A DNA stretch of 64,000 bases from Candidatus Beckwithbacteria bacterium GW2011_GWC1_49_16 (GTDB lineage: Bacteria; Patescibacteriota; Microgenomatia; UBA1400; CG1-02-47-37). The stretch lies in the NCBI GenBank assembly GCA_001029675.1, contig CP011210.1, positions 384,427 through 448,426 on the forward strand, read 5' to 3'. The notes below the pieces were generated by a model that searched no databases, was not told where the DNA came from, and saw nothing but the letters and a program-made list of their open reading frames with translations. Shown here piece after piece: positions 1 through 10,260 of this stretch (positions within the stretch are counted from its first letter, which is position 1; every line of letters starts with the position of its first letter). The position numbers and the translations under genes were made by a program.

Positions 1-631
1 CCTCTTTTTGGGGGACGGGATATTTTTTTAAAATATTGTCAACCGTTTTGGTAACCAGGCTGACGGCGTTTTTCCCTCTCCAGGGATAAGCGCCGTGGGC
101 GGTTTTGCCGTGAGCGACAAGATCAACCCTGACTATACCTTTGGATTGGTTGTTGATTCTAAACTCGGTGGGTTCGCCGGCGATAACAAACTCGGCGGTA
201 AGGCCGTTTTTAAGTTGATGTTTGGCTCCGTTGGTGCCGCCGATTTCTTCGTCGGTAACCAGTTGAAGACCTACAGGGTAGTTGAGAGTTTTAGCCAGAG
301 TTTTAAATACCAAAATGAGTGAGGCAGCGCCGCCTTTCATGTCTTGGGCTCCCCTACCGTAAAGTCGGCCGTTTTTGACAGAAGGGTTAAATTGACCAGG
401 TTTTCCGGGAACTACGTCTAAATGGGCATTGAGCAGAAGCTTAAATTTTTTAGGTTGAGTTTTGCCTGGATAAAACAGCAGGCTGGGTGTTTTATCAGAG
501 ATAAATTTTCTGACCCCAAAACCTTTAAGCCGGAGTTGGGCAACTTGGAGCACCCGAGTCAAAGCTTGAGGTTTTTCTGCCGTTGATGGGATTTTGATTA
601 ACTCTTTTGCGAGGGAGACTGCTTGGTTCAT
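1..631 (-). CDS. M20 family metallopeptidase (DapE/ArgE-like), runs off the window start
   Basis: Manual translation from ATG at 631: MNQAVSLAKELIKIPS...LLLNAHLDVVP...LYGRGAQDMKGG...VTDEEIGG...GEPT...GKTAHGAYPW, all M20 motifs. Confidence 0.9.
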   Translation of the reverse strand, partial: MNQAVSLAKELIKIPSTAEKPQALTRVLQVAQLRLKGFGVRKFISDKTPSLLFYPGKTQPKKFKLLLNAHLDVVPGKPGQFNPSVKNGRLYGRGAQDMKGGAASLILVFKTLAKTLNYPVGLQLVTDEEIGGTNGAKHQLKNGLTAEFVIAGEPTEFRINNQSKGIVRVDLVAHGKTAHGAYPWRGKNAVSLVTKTVDNILKKYPVPQKE

Positions 632-668
632 TTTATGATGGTTTTAGCTAGGCTTTTACCTGGCAATT

Positions 669-745
669 TGGTGGACGGTATAGGACTCGAACCTATGACC
701 TCTACAATGTCAATGTAGCGCTCTAACCAGCTGAGCTAACCGTCC
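669..745 (-). tRNA. tRNA-Val(GAC), CCA encoded
   Basis: Cloverleaf GGACGGT...ACCGTCC-ACCA, anticodon loop TTGACAT, T-loop GTTCGAG. Confidence 0.95.
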
Positions 746-772
746 CTAGAGAATATTTTAACATAAACCTGA

Positions 773-1684
773 CTACCAAGGCGAAAAAGCTTCAATTTGT
801 CTCATGATGGCAGCTCCGTGTTTCTGCCAAGTTTTTGCTACCAAGGATTCAAGAAGCGGGGTTTGTGTCTGGTTATAGTTTAGGGGACGACCAGATAGGG
901 TCAGCACTCCCGGATTTAGACATTTCTCGTGGCTATAGTTGGCGGTTAGATAGTTCATGGTGTGAAGCGATAAATCGACCATAAGCGCTGTCTGAGCCGG
1001 CTCGAGACCAACCATATCTTGGTAAAGATGGGTTTTGGTTTTTTCTATAGAAAAGCCTACGGGGTTGTGCGGCCGGGGCATCGAGGCGGCAACGGTGTCT
1101 GCCAGTTGGGTTAGCAATACCTCGAAGGCCGGCCAGTCGCGCCGCTTAGGAAAGACGGCGGTGAAAGGCGTGTCGTGGTAAAGAGCCGCTGCCAGCCAGG
1201 GTGGGCCGATTTCCGGCTCGTCTTGGGCCAGATCTGCCAACATGAACATACCGATTGGCGGATGGGCCAGATGGCGTGCCTGGTCGTCGGCATGGCGATG
1301 GTCGCCGTTTAGTGACAAGACGGCCCCTGGTTTCGATCTAGAGTTAACGATGGCGACTGCTTCTGGAATGGTGCTGGCAATGCCGACCTTGCCGATGTCG
1401 TGAGTTGCCGTACCAGCTTGAGCCCGTCGGTGCCTGGCTTCAAGCCAGCGGCGTTGCGCAGCGTCAAGACCAGGGATAAGCGCCACTAATTGGTGAAATA
1501 AGTGGTCTCGGGCATCAACCGCTATAGCCGAGTGCATGGCGGTGATTGTGTCGACAACAGCCAGTTCGGTAAAGAGGCGTGCGGTCACCGGAAACTGGCC
1601 GCCTAAAACCGTCTCCATGGAGCGAGGCAACGCGGTAACCGGTTGCTGGTCGTGGTTAACTTTTAGCTCTACAACTGCGGTCAT
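773..1684 (-). CDS. HD-domain (HD-GYP-like) protein, divergent
   Basis: THDIGKVGI motif with downstream H, YHD and LADT residues typical of HD phosphohydrolases. Confidence 0.6.
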   Translation of the reverse strand: MTAVVELKVNHDQQPVTALPRSMETVLGGQFPVTARLFTELAVVDTITAMHSAIAVDARDHLFHQLVALIPGLDAAQRRWLEARHRRAQAGTATHDIGKVGIASTIPEAVAIVNSRSKPGAVLSLNGDHRHADDQARHLAHPPIGMFMLADLAQDEPEIGPPWLAAALYHDTPFTAVFPKRRDWPAFEVLLTQLADTVAASMPRPHNPVGFSIEKTKTHLYQDMVGLEPAQTALMVDLSLHTMNYLTANYSHEKCLNPGVLTLSGRPLNYNQTQTPLLESLVAKTWQKHGAAIMRQIEAFSPW

Positions 1685-1692
1685 AAAACCAC

Positions 1693-1717
1693 AAAAAAAC
1701 CTCCCGGCTGGGAGGTT
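1693..1717 (-). terminator. Intrinsic terminator/attenuator hairpin in the leader of the HD gene
   Basis: Minus strand AACCTCCC-AGCC-GGGAGGTT followed by a T run, just before the ATG at 1684. Confidence 0.75.
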
Positions 1718-1741
1718 GGTAATTAAGTCTTATTTAAAGCC

Positions 1742-1816
1742 TTAACAGCAGCAACCTCCCTTGCCGTCACCGACAAAGAGAATGGCAAACTTGATAAGGC
1801 TTTGGCTTGATTTCAT
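1742..1816 (-). CDS. Putative leader peptide MKSSQSLIKFAILFVGDGKGGCCC
   Basis: 25-codon ORF between a promoter and the terminator, ending in three Cys codons. Confidence 0.55.
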   Translation of the reverse strand: MKSSQSLIKFAILFVGDGKGGCCC

Positions 1817-1826
1817 GTTGGGGTTA

Positions 1827-1854
1827 TTTTTACAAATCAATAGTTTTTTGTCAA
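1827..1854 (-). promoter_or_regulatory. Sigma70-like promoter for the leader/HD gene
   Basis: Minus strand TTGACA-N16-TAAAAA. Confidence 0.55.
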
Positions 1855-1861
1855 GGGCTAG

Positions 1862-2401
1862 TTACCCAGCTTGGGTGGAGACGGTGCGTTCGCCGGAGAG
1901 CATAAAGCTGGTGCCGGAGCTTTTCACCTGGCCCCAGTAGTAGGCCCTTTGTTGCGAGCGTTGGTTGTGGAGACCCAGCCAGGTTTTGGACTCGGCGATT
2001 TTCTTGCGGGCCAGTTTGATTAAGGAAAGCAGTCTCTCAAAGAAGTTTTGGTGATAAACGCCCGGGTCGACGACTGCTTGAAAGGCGGCTTTTTCGACCT
2101 CGGCGACCAGGCCAACGCTTTCTTGGGCCAATTTTTTGATTTCTGTTTGGAGGGTTTGAATTTCAATTTTGACGCGTTGTTTCTCGCGGGAAAAAACGAT
2201 TTTTTCTTCGCGGCGGAAAGCTTCGAAGCGGGCCTGTTCTTGGTGGCGGATTTGCTTTTCTCTAAGTTTCAAGAATTCTTCAAAGTTAAAGTTTTCTGCC
2301 GGGGCTGCCGGTTGATCGCCGCCGTCTTTTAAAGCCTCAATGAAGTTTTGCGAAGGCTTTTTATTAGTTGTGGGTTTGGTTTTGGTGTTGAAAGGATCCA
2401 T
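1862..2401 (-). CDS. DUF5660-like CPR protein
   Basis: C-terminal PGVYHQNFFERL...SKTWL...YWGQVK.SGTSFMLSGE resembles this CPR family. Confidence 0.65.
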   Translation of the reverse strand: MDPFNTKTKPTTNKKPSQNFIEALKDGGDQPAAPAENFNFEEFLKLREKQIRHQEQARFEAFRREEKIVFSREKQRVKIEIQTLQTEIKKLAQESVGLVAEVEKAAFQAVVDPGVYHQNFFERLLSLIKLARKKIAESKTWLGLHNQRSQQRAYYWGQVKSSGTSFMLSGERTVSTQAG

Positions 2402-2415
2402 TTGGGGGTATTTTA

Positions 2416-3291
2416 CTATAAGTTAGTAAGATAGTCAATCGTTTGGCGCTTTTTGATGATTGAAGCCAGATAGGCTCTTTCTTGAGGGGTGTTTAGTTGA
2501 CTCTTTAATTTTTCGTCTCCGGCGGCGGCGATCATTTTGTCCACTTCACCGTCGGAAGCTTTAAAGTTTTTATCTTCAGCGATGGCCTGAAGAATAAGCT
2601 CGAGCTTGAGGGTGTTTTCGGCCGACTGGCGGTATTCTTGCCTTAACCTTTCCACGGTTTTGTTGATGGAGGCGGCGTATTGGTCAATGGTCAGGCCCAA
2701 TTTTTGGACCTGGTCCAGGAGCCTTGACAAGGCGCGGTCTCTTTCGGCCTCGATTAACAAGTCGGGCAGTTCGAGGTTGATGTCTTTGATCAGGGCCTGG
2801 GCGACCAAATCAAATTTTTGGGTTTGGGTTAATTCTTTTTTTTCGTTTTTGGATGAACCTTTGCCAGGAGTCCAGATTTTGTCAGCGGCTAAAGCGCCGC
2901 GGGCAACTTTGGCGTAGTCGCCTACGACTACCTCGGGCAGTTCGCAGGCCGTGGCTTTAAACTGCCACGACTCCCCTTCTTTGGCGGAGACGATGGTGAT
3001 TTTGGGAGCCAAAGCCGGTTTGAGATTGTGTTTTTTAACCGCTTCGGCGTAAGAGCCGGGGAGTAAGTGGTTGACGACCTCGCCGTAAATGGTGCCGCGG
3101 TCGAGAGATTTTTCCACTACCGAGATGGGAGCTTTGCCAACTCTAAAGCCTTTGATTTCGGCGGTTTTTTGAAAATCCTCCAAAACGTGGGTATAGGTAG
3201 CCTTAACTTTGGTCCAAGGGATGGAAAATTCCAGCTCGAAGGTTTTTTTGGGCAGCCAGGTGATTTTGGCGTCGGGAGCTGTTTTGGTCAT
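2416..3291 (-). CDS. tig: Trigger factor lacking the PPIase domain
   Basis: IKGFRVGKAP ribosome-binding motif plus C-terminal chaperone domain; probable start MTKTAP. Confidence 0.85.
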   Translation of the reverse strand: MTKTAPDAKITWLPKKTFELEFSIPWTKVKATYTHVLEDFQKTAEIKGFRVGKAPISVVEKSLDRGTIYGEVVNHLLPGSYAEAVKKHNLKPALAPKITIVSAKEGESWQFKATACELPEVVVGDYAKVARGALAADKIWTPGKGSSKNEKKELTQTQKFDLVAQALIKDINLELPDLLIEAERDRALSRLLDQVQKLGLTIDQYAASINKTVERLRQEYRQSAENTLKLELILQAIAEDKNFKASDGEVDKMIAAAGDEKLKSQLNTPQERAYLASIIKKRQTIDYLTNL

Positions 3292-3333
3292 GGGCGGATT
3301 ATAGCATAACAAAATTTCTAATTGAGCTGATTT

Positions 3334-3705
3334 TTAAGTGAGAGGTAAATAGTAGAGGTGGGATAAGACATCGGTGAGGACAGTGGAGCGGTAGATTAAA
3401 ATGGATGCGGCCAAAAGCAAGACGCCAAAAACCAAGTGGAGGTAGCGGGTAGCTTCAAGGGGTTTTAAGAGGAGGCTAAAGCCGTAGAAGGAGTCGATAA
3501 ACAGGCCGGTGGAGATGATGATAGCTTTGTTGAAAAGATCAATGTAGATAACTTGGGTGTTTGCGGGGCTGACCAGGGTCTGGATTTTAGGCAGGACAAA
3601 AAGAATATCCCGGAAGGACAAGTAGATTTGGACTAAAGGCGAGACGATCAGGGAAACGGCGATGAGTTTTTTGGCGGCAAATTTAAGCCGGGGGTTAACT
3701 TCCAT
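3334..3705 (-). CDS. Hypothetical membrane protein
   Basis: Three hydrophobic segments; follows the ABC operon. Confidence 0.65.
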   Translation of the reverse strand: MEVNPRLKFAAKKLIAVSLIVSPLVQIYLSFRDILFVLPKIQTLVSPANTQVIYIDLFNKAIIISTGLFIDSFYGFSLLLKPLEATRYLHLVFGVLLLAASILIYRSTVLTDVLSHLYYLPLT

Positions 3706-3719
3706 GATTTGATTATAAC

Positions 3720-4927
3720 TTACTCGTAGCGAATGGCTTCAATCGGGGGCAAGTTGGCGGCCCGTTTGGCCGGAAAGACGCCAAAAAAGACGCCGATGGC
3801 GGTGGAGACGGAAAAAGCAATCACGACCGATAAAAGGTTGATGGCGGCCGGGAAGAATTGGCGGATGACCAAGATGATCAGGCTCGCCAAGGCGAGGCCG
3901 ATTAAACCACCCAAGACCGATAAGACGACCGACTCTGATAGAAACTGGGACAAAATGTCCTGGCGGGTGGCGCCGATGGCCCGCCTGATGCCGACCTCCT
4001 TGGTGCGCTCGGTGACGGTGGCGTACATGATGTTCATGATGCCGATGCCGCCGACGAGCAAGGAGATGGAGCCGATGGCTACCAGGATGGCGTTGACGAT
4101 GCCAAAAACTTGGTTGACGGTGGAGAGAATTTCGGTTTGTTCGGTGACGGAAAAGCTGTCTTCGTCGTAGCGTTTTGCCAGAATTTTTTCGGCTTGATTG
4201 ATGACGCTGGCGATGTTAGCCTCGTCGTTGACGCCGAAAAAGATAGTAAAGAATGTTTTATTGGGGTTTAAACGGCCGAAGGTGGTAGTGTAAGGGAGTA
4301 AAACGATGTTGTCCATTTCCCGGTCGCCTTTTTTGGCGTTGACGCCGATTACCTTGAGGCGCTGGTTGCCGGTGATGATGGTTTTGCCGACGGCTTTTTC
4401 CGGGGAGGAAAAAAGCTTTTCGGCGATGGCAAAACCCAAAACAGCCACTTTGGTTTTGCGGTTGACGTCGGTAGCCTCAAATGCCTGGCCGTAAGCTTGG
4501 CTTAAGTTTAAGATTTTGAAGGCGTCGGCGGTAACGCCTTCGACGTAGCCTAGTTGGGACTCGCCATTGGCGGTGACGGGCAGGCTTCGGAAAAATTGGG
4601 GGACGACGTAGTCGGCCTGGGGAATTTTTTTAAGGTTCAAGTAATCTTTTTCGTCAAAAGTAGCGCCGCCGGCAAAACCGGGGCCGAAACCGCCGCCGAG
4701 GCCGCCTTCATCGCTGAAAACGTTTCCTGGAAAGACGATGACCAGGTTTGAACCCAAGCTTTCAAACTGATCGCTCAAATAGTTTTTTAAGCCGACGCCT
4801 AGGCCGATTAATAAAACCACTGACATGACGCCGATGGTAATCCCCAGCGAGGTCAAGACGGTCCTGATTTTGTTTCTTTTAAAGCTGGCGATAGCGGTGG
4901 TGAAGATATCGGATAGGGTGTCTGGCT

Positions 4928-4931
<4 letters not shown>
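3720..4931 (-). CDS. MacB/FtsX-family ABC permease
   Basis: RTVLTSLGITIGV, GGIGIMNIM..TVTERTKEVGIRRAIGA, PAKRAA..PIEAIRYE. Confidence 0.95.
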
Positions 4932-5610
<679 letters not shown>

Positions 5611-5614
<4 letters not shown>

Positions 5615-6711
5615 TTGGGAGCGACAACTATGGTTTGGCCTGGTTTAAGCCCGGAGGTGATCTCGACCTGCTCGTCTCCTTGAATGCCGACGGTGACCGG
5701 TTGGGTTATAACCTGACCTTTTTCCACGAGCTTGACGCTGGTTTGGTTGTCGTCTTCTATTAGGGAAAGAAAGGGAATAGTTAAAACGTCCTCCTTTTCG
5801 GCGGTGGTAATGACCACCTCGCCGTTTAGCCCTAAGCGAAATTTGGAGTCGGGAGAATTTAACAGGTTTAGTTTGGCTAGATAGACGGTGCTGCCGGACG
5901 AATCAAGCGATGAAGCAAAATCAATGGAGTCGACGGTGAGATAGACAGGTTCGTCGGGAAAGGCGTCGAGCGTCAGAATGGCTTTTTGGTCCTGTTTAAC
6001 TTGGCCGATGTCGGTTTCGTCGATCTCGGCCTCAAAGACGAGGTGGTCGGGGTCGGCGACGGTAAAAACGGCGGTGGCGGGGGTGATGTTGACGCCGGGA
6101 ACGGGCACGTCGATGTGGGTGACGACGCCGGCGATGGGAGATACAATCGTCGACAGCTTGACGGCCAGGTCGGAAATCTCGACATCCAAAACCGCCCGCT
6201 CCAGGTCCCATTGGTTTTTCGCCAAAACCCTTTTGAGGGTGTCGGTAACCAGGGTATCCTGGTAGGTAACTCGACGATCTTCTTCAAAGTCATTTCTTTC
6301 TTTGGAGTAGTCGATTAACTCCTGAGCTAGCTGCTTTTTTAATTGCCTTTGGTCCAAGGAGGCCAGCGCCTGCCATTTTTGCACCCGGTCCCCAACTCTC
6401 ACTCCGACCCAGGCGAGTTGGCCCGAAGTTTGAAACTTTAAGTCAACTTGAGTCTCCGACTTGACCACGCCCGAAGCGGCGACGGTTTGGGTGAGGTTGC
6501 CCCGGTTGACTGTGGCCAAACGATAAAGTTCTTGGGGCGATTTGGGGCGGAGGCGTTGCCAGCTGAAAAAACCTCCCAGACCCAAAAAAACTGCCAGAAA
6601 GAGAGTGAGAAGTTTTCTTTTTTTAAGCCAAACGGTTAGGCTTTTAGCCTTTTTTGACAGGGAGCTAACCAGGTTTATTTTGGTATTGAGGTTTTGTAAA
6701 AATTTAAACAT
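5611..6711 (-). CDS. Efflux periplasmic adaptor (MacA-like membrane fusion protein)
   Basis: N-terminal TM, ASGVV, SPIAGVV, IDETDI, VEITSGL; start moved to MFKFL because the longer ORF overlaps tRNA-Leu. Confidence 0.88.
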
Positions 6712-6742
6712 AAAGGTTATAACCCCGAGTGAAATCGAGGGG

Positions 6743-6826
6743 TGCCAGGGGTGGGAGTCGAACCCACATGCCGCAAGCGGCACACGGTCCTAAGCCGTGC
6801 CTGTCTACCGATTCCAGCACCCTGGC
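6743..6826 (-). tRNA. tRNA-Leu(TAG)
   Basis: Cloverleaf with long variable arm, anticodon loop CTTAGGA. Confidence 0.95.
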
Positions 6827-7603
6827 TCAAATATATTTTAGCAGAGGGTGAGCTAATTTTTTAGCCCGGGCTACAGCTTGGCGGTGGGCCTGCCATTCCA
6901 AGCGGTCGTTTAAGGGCTTTAATTTGACTGGTCCGTATTTGTTGGTCAAAGCCAATTTGATCAAGTGGTCGGCAAAGTGAGGGTTTTTGGGCAGCAAGCT
7001 ACCGTGAAGATAGCAGCCAAAGACATTATTAATCCGACAACCTTCGGTGTGGTCTTTCCCGTTATTGCCGTGACCGATGACTACTTTACCCAAAGCCGAT
7101 GATTTATCTTTCAGCCAAGTATTGCCGGAGTGGTTTTCGAAACCAACGAGAAGGTCAGATTTTAGATTGTCGATGGTAGATCGTAGACTGGGATTGAGTT
7201 TGATCACTAAATTGCCGATCTTTCTAACCTTGTCGGCGACCGTATAGGCCGGAAGAAGCCCAACCCCTTTTAATTTCGGCCCGGCAAAGGGCTTAAAAAA
7301 ATCACCGAAGAGCTGGAAACTGCCGCAAATGGTTAGCATTGGTACTCCTGCGTCAGACGCGGCTCGTAAGACCATTTTTTTCTTTTGCAAATCCCTGCTG
7401 GCGGTCACTTGTTGCTGGTCTTGCCCTCCCCCGGCAAATAAAAGTTCAAAGCTGCCGTTTTTAAGAGGCTCACCAACCTCAACCGGTCGAACGGTTAACT
7501 TAATTCCCCTTTTTTCTGCGCGGTATTTTAAGGCGATAATATTGCCGTAGTCACCGTAAATGTTTAAAAGTTTCGGATAAAGATGGACTAAGGTTAGTTT
7601 CAT
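6827..7603 (-). CDS. gatD: GatD / CobQ-like glutamine amidotransferase
   Basis: LNIYGDYGN, GGGQD, ICGSFQL, GFENH, YLHGSLLPKNP; adjacent to murT. Confidence 0.9.
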   Translation of the reverse strand: MKLTLVHLYPKLLNIYGDYGNIIALKYRAEKRGIKLTVRPVEVGEPLKNGSFELLFAGGGQDQQQVTASRDLQKKKMVLRAASDAGVPMLTICGSFQLFGDFFKPFAGPKLKGVGLLPAYTVADKVRKIGNLVIKLNPSLRSTIDNLKSDLLVGFENHSGNTWLKDKSSALGKVVIGHGNNGKDHTEGCRINNVFGCYLHGSLLPKNPHFADHLIKLALTNKYGPVKLKPLNDRLEWQAHRQAVARAKKLAHPLLKYI

Positions 7604-7605
7604 TT

Positions 7606-8718
7606 TTAGTTAGCCAGCATCCGGCGTAACTGGCGCATGGCCGTGTATGTTGCCAAAAGATATTTTTTTGCTCCCTTTTGCCGCTTTAAATAATTAAAGG
7701 CGTGGTCGGGATTGGGATTTAGCTTTATAAGTTGCGGTTTCAGTCCGGCATATTTTAAACGCAAAGCCAAGTCGTGGGCTCTTAAGCCAGAAACGATTAT
7801 GGGGATTTTTCGGTTTCGTAAAGCCTCGAAGTCAACGTCCCAGATCCAGGAAACGTCGGTGCCGTCGGCAACTTTATCGTTAAGCTGAATTAATAAAGGC
7901 TGGTTCAGGCGGCCGCGACGGAGCAAATTTTGCCAGTGGGTGTTGAAACTAGCCGGGTTCTTAACCAGATTTAATTGGTAGCTTTTGCCGTTAATTTTAA
8001 AAATCTCTCCCCTGCCAAAAGGCGGAGGCAAGCTTTTTAGCAGAGGTTTGAGCTTTTTGACTTTAAGGTTTAAAGCTTTAAGCAATGCCTGGAGTGCCCG
8101 GAAGCTATCAAGGCGGCGGTCGAGAAAGCGCCCACCGCCAAACCGGGAAAGATTGGACCAGCTTAAGACTGCCAACCTTGGGTCGGCGCCGTTGACGATC
8201 ACCCTGGCTTTTTGGGGCAAGTTTTTGAAACTCTCCTGCCAGCGATCGATCACGGTATCCAGTTCGCCGTAGCGGTCTAGCTGGTCCCGGGATAAATTCA
8301 TAATCAGCAAAATTTCCGGTTTTAACTGTTTGATGGCATCGGGCACGACCGCTTCGTCAACTTCCCAAATCCCTAAATCTGCCGGGAGTCTTCCCCATAA
8401 ATCAGCCTGGTCAATCAGTTTTGATGCCACTCCCCGCATCAGGTTGGAACCGGCACTGTTTCTGATAAAGTCGACTTTAATCTTTTTTAAAACATTGCCC
8501 AAAAGATAGGCAGTGGTGGTCTTGCCGTTGGTGCCGGTGATGATGATTGACCGAAGCCGGTTTTTGACCACCATCTTTTTGACCCAGTTTTTATCAAGAC
8601 TTATGGCGATCAGCCCGGGCAGGGCGGTGCCGCCAAGCGATGGCAGCAGCCGGCAAAAAAATTTAGCCAGCTTGCCGGCAAGTAAAGCCAAAGCCAGTTT
8701 TATATCCGAACTTGACAT
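7606..8718 (-). CDS. murT: MurT lipid II amidation Mur-ligase-like protein
   Basis: GGTALPG, TGTNGKTTT, RDQLDRYGE, LVKNPA, DGTDVSWIWD, ATYTAM. Confidence 0.9.
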   Translation of the reverse strand: MSSSDIKLALALLAGKLAKFFCRLLPSLGGTALPGLIAISLDKNWVKKMVVKNRLRSIIITGTNGKTTTAYLLGNVLKKIKVDFIRNSAGSNLMRGVASKLIDQADLWGRLPADLGIWEVDEAVVPDAIKQLKPEILLIMNLSRDQLDRYGELDTVIDRWQESFKNLPQKARVIVNGADPRLAVLSWSNLSRFGGGRFLDRRLDSFRALQALLKALNLKVKKLKPLLKSLPPPFGRGEIFKINGKSYQLNLVKNPASFNTHWQNLLRRGRLNQPLLIQLNDKVADGTDVSWIWDVDFEALRNRKIPIIVSGLRAHDLALRLKYAGLKPQLIKLNPNPDHAFNYLKRQKGAKKYLLATYTAMRQLRRMLAN

Positions 8719-8810
8719 ACTATAAGTTATATGTTAGTATCTCTTTTAGATCCGTCGGTAGCGCCTCACCGGGCATACTGATGGATTTTTTTATCCCTAT
8801 AATATTCACT

Positions 8811-9395
8811 CTAATTCATTTCGTCTAAGAATTGCTGGACAGCTTTGGACCAGGAACCGTCGGATAAGGGGGTGTAAATGCCTTGGATTTCTTCCGGAGT
8901 AGTCAACCCCTGGCCAAAGTAGTTTTGTGATAAACCTTGGGCGACGGCCTCGATGGCTTCCTGGTAAGAGGCAAAGCGCAAAGTCCCCCGGGAGTGAATT
9001 CCCCAGCCCCAACAGTTAAAAGAGTCGTCGGGGATTTTTTTGCAAAGATTTGATTCCTGCTGGGCGATGGCGACCAAAAGGCGGGGGTCCAGGTTATTAT
9101 TTCTGGCCGTTTCGACCAAAAAGTCGGCTTGGGGGTACAGCGGAGAAGAATATTTTTTCAAATAATTTTTGACGATTTCGGGAATGGCGTCGGCGGGTTT
9201 GACCGAGAAGGTGAAGGCGCCTAAAACTTCGGGCAAGACTGCGTGGGAGCCGACGGGGTCGACCGAGGAGAAGGCAATCCGGGGGCGGAAAGAAACGGTT
9301 TTTAGCTGGGCTAGGTTGAGGTAATAACCCAAAGACAAGAACAAAGTGACCAGGGCCATAGCCAGCCAGCCAAATATTCCCAAGAGTCGTTTCAT
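8811..9395 (-). CDS. Membrane-anchored glucosaminidase/lysozyme-like protein
   Basis: N-terminal TM; DPRLLVAIAQQES, NCWGWG, YTP motifs. Confidence 0.65.
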   Translation of the reverse strand: MKRLLGIFGWLAMALVTLFLSLGYYLNLAQLKTVSFRPRIAFSSVDPVGSHAVLPEVLGAFTFSVKPADAIPEIVKNYLKKYSSPLYPQADFLVETARNNNLDPRLLVAIAQQESNLCKKIPDDSFNCWGWGIHSRGTLRFASYQEAIEAVAQGLSQNYFGQGLTTPEEIQGIYTPLSDGSWSKAVQQFLDEMN

Positions 9396-9416
9396 ATTCT
9401 AGAGTATATCAGATAG

Positions 9417-9490
9417 TGGATCCTGTAGGACTCGAACCTACGACCTTCCGGATGTAAACCGGACGCTCTAACCGGCTGAGCTAAGGATCC
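9417..9490 (-). tRNA. tRNA-Val(TAC)
   Basis: GGATCCT...AGGATCC-A cloverleaf, anticodon loop TTTACAT. Confidence 0.95.
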
Positions 9491-9633
9491 AGTGTGCTCT
9501 ATTTACGAACAACTTCGAACTATTTTTAAACAGCAGGCTCGGTGCTAACGCCCCTCGCCAAGCTCCGGCGCGGCTGACGCCGCGCCTCCGCTATTTTTTT
9601 CGCGCGCGATTTTGTACTCGCTTCGCGAGCATT

Positions 9634-9861
9634 TTACTCTCTGATAATTGGTACCACTGTTGCTTTGGCACCTTTATCAGCAATCGTTTTCCCCGGAGCT
9701 GGCTGTTCAATTATAATTATTTGGTCTCTATTCAAAAGTTCTAACAACGCCGCCTGATCACCATCTAAACCGTTCACCACTAAATTAACTTCATGTTGCC
9801 CCCCCTCTTGCGGTTGCCCCCGCTTAGGAGTTTTTCCTAAATCTTGTTGTTTTTCTGCCAT
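9634..9861 (-). CDS. Small hypothetical cargo protein
   Basis: 75-aa ORF with a strong GGAGGTG Shine-Dalgarno at about 9870-9876. Confidence 0.65.
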   Translation of the reverse strand: MAEKQQDLGKTPKRGQPQEGGQHEVNLVVNGLDGDQAALLELLNRDQIIIIEQPAPGKTIADKGAKATVVPIIRE

Positions 9862-10101
9862 TTAAATATCACCTCCATTTCTTTCTGCGTTATAGCCTAC
9901 TAATTGGTTTGAAGTATACCAAAAATTGACAAATTATGCTAACATAAAACTGTGCTCGATAATTGTGGGGATTTTTAATGCCCTCATTGGACGGATCCTC
10001 ACAGATTCGAGCACAACCAGTGAGGGCATTTAAGTTTTGTTCTTTAAAAATTTTCGCGCTTTTTCTTTTCCGCCTTCGGCGGAATTTCGAGCCGACTTTT
10101 T

Positions 10102-10260
10102 CGGAGGCGCGGCGTCAGCCGCGCCGGATCTTACCTTTTTGAAAATAGTTCGAAGTTGTTCGTAAATAGAGCACAAAAGGAGATCGGAAGGGTAGGCGCT
10201 GGCCGCGCCCGCCCTCACGGCCAGCGCCGCAGAGGCTTCGGACAGGGAAAATTCGAGCCG
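10102..10260. repeat. Internal inverted copy of the element-1 attP junction
   Basis: 10171-10260 is the exact reverse complement (rc) of 11728-11817 (90 nt); 10142-10175 = rc of 9493-9526 (34 nt); 10102-10128 = rc of 9564-9590 (27 nt). Confidence 0.95.

Noticed and set aside
10075-10090. TTCGG-N6-TTCGA as a LexA box upstream of LSR1
   Set aside because: Explained by a hairpin loop plus the 16-nt antisense block; it is absent from the equivalent place in element 2.
10030-10218. 62-aa ORF resembling the LSR C-terminus, as an independent gene
   Set aside because: It is the inverted attP copy read in the LSR frame, with no evident translation start. Treated as an alternative tail instead.
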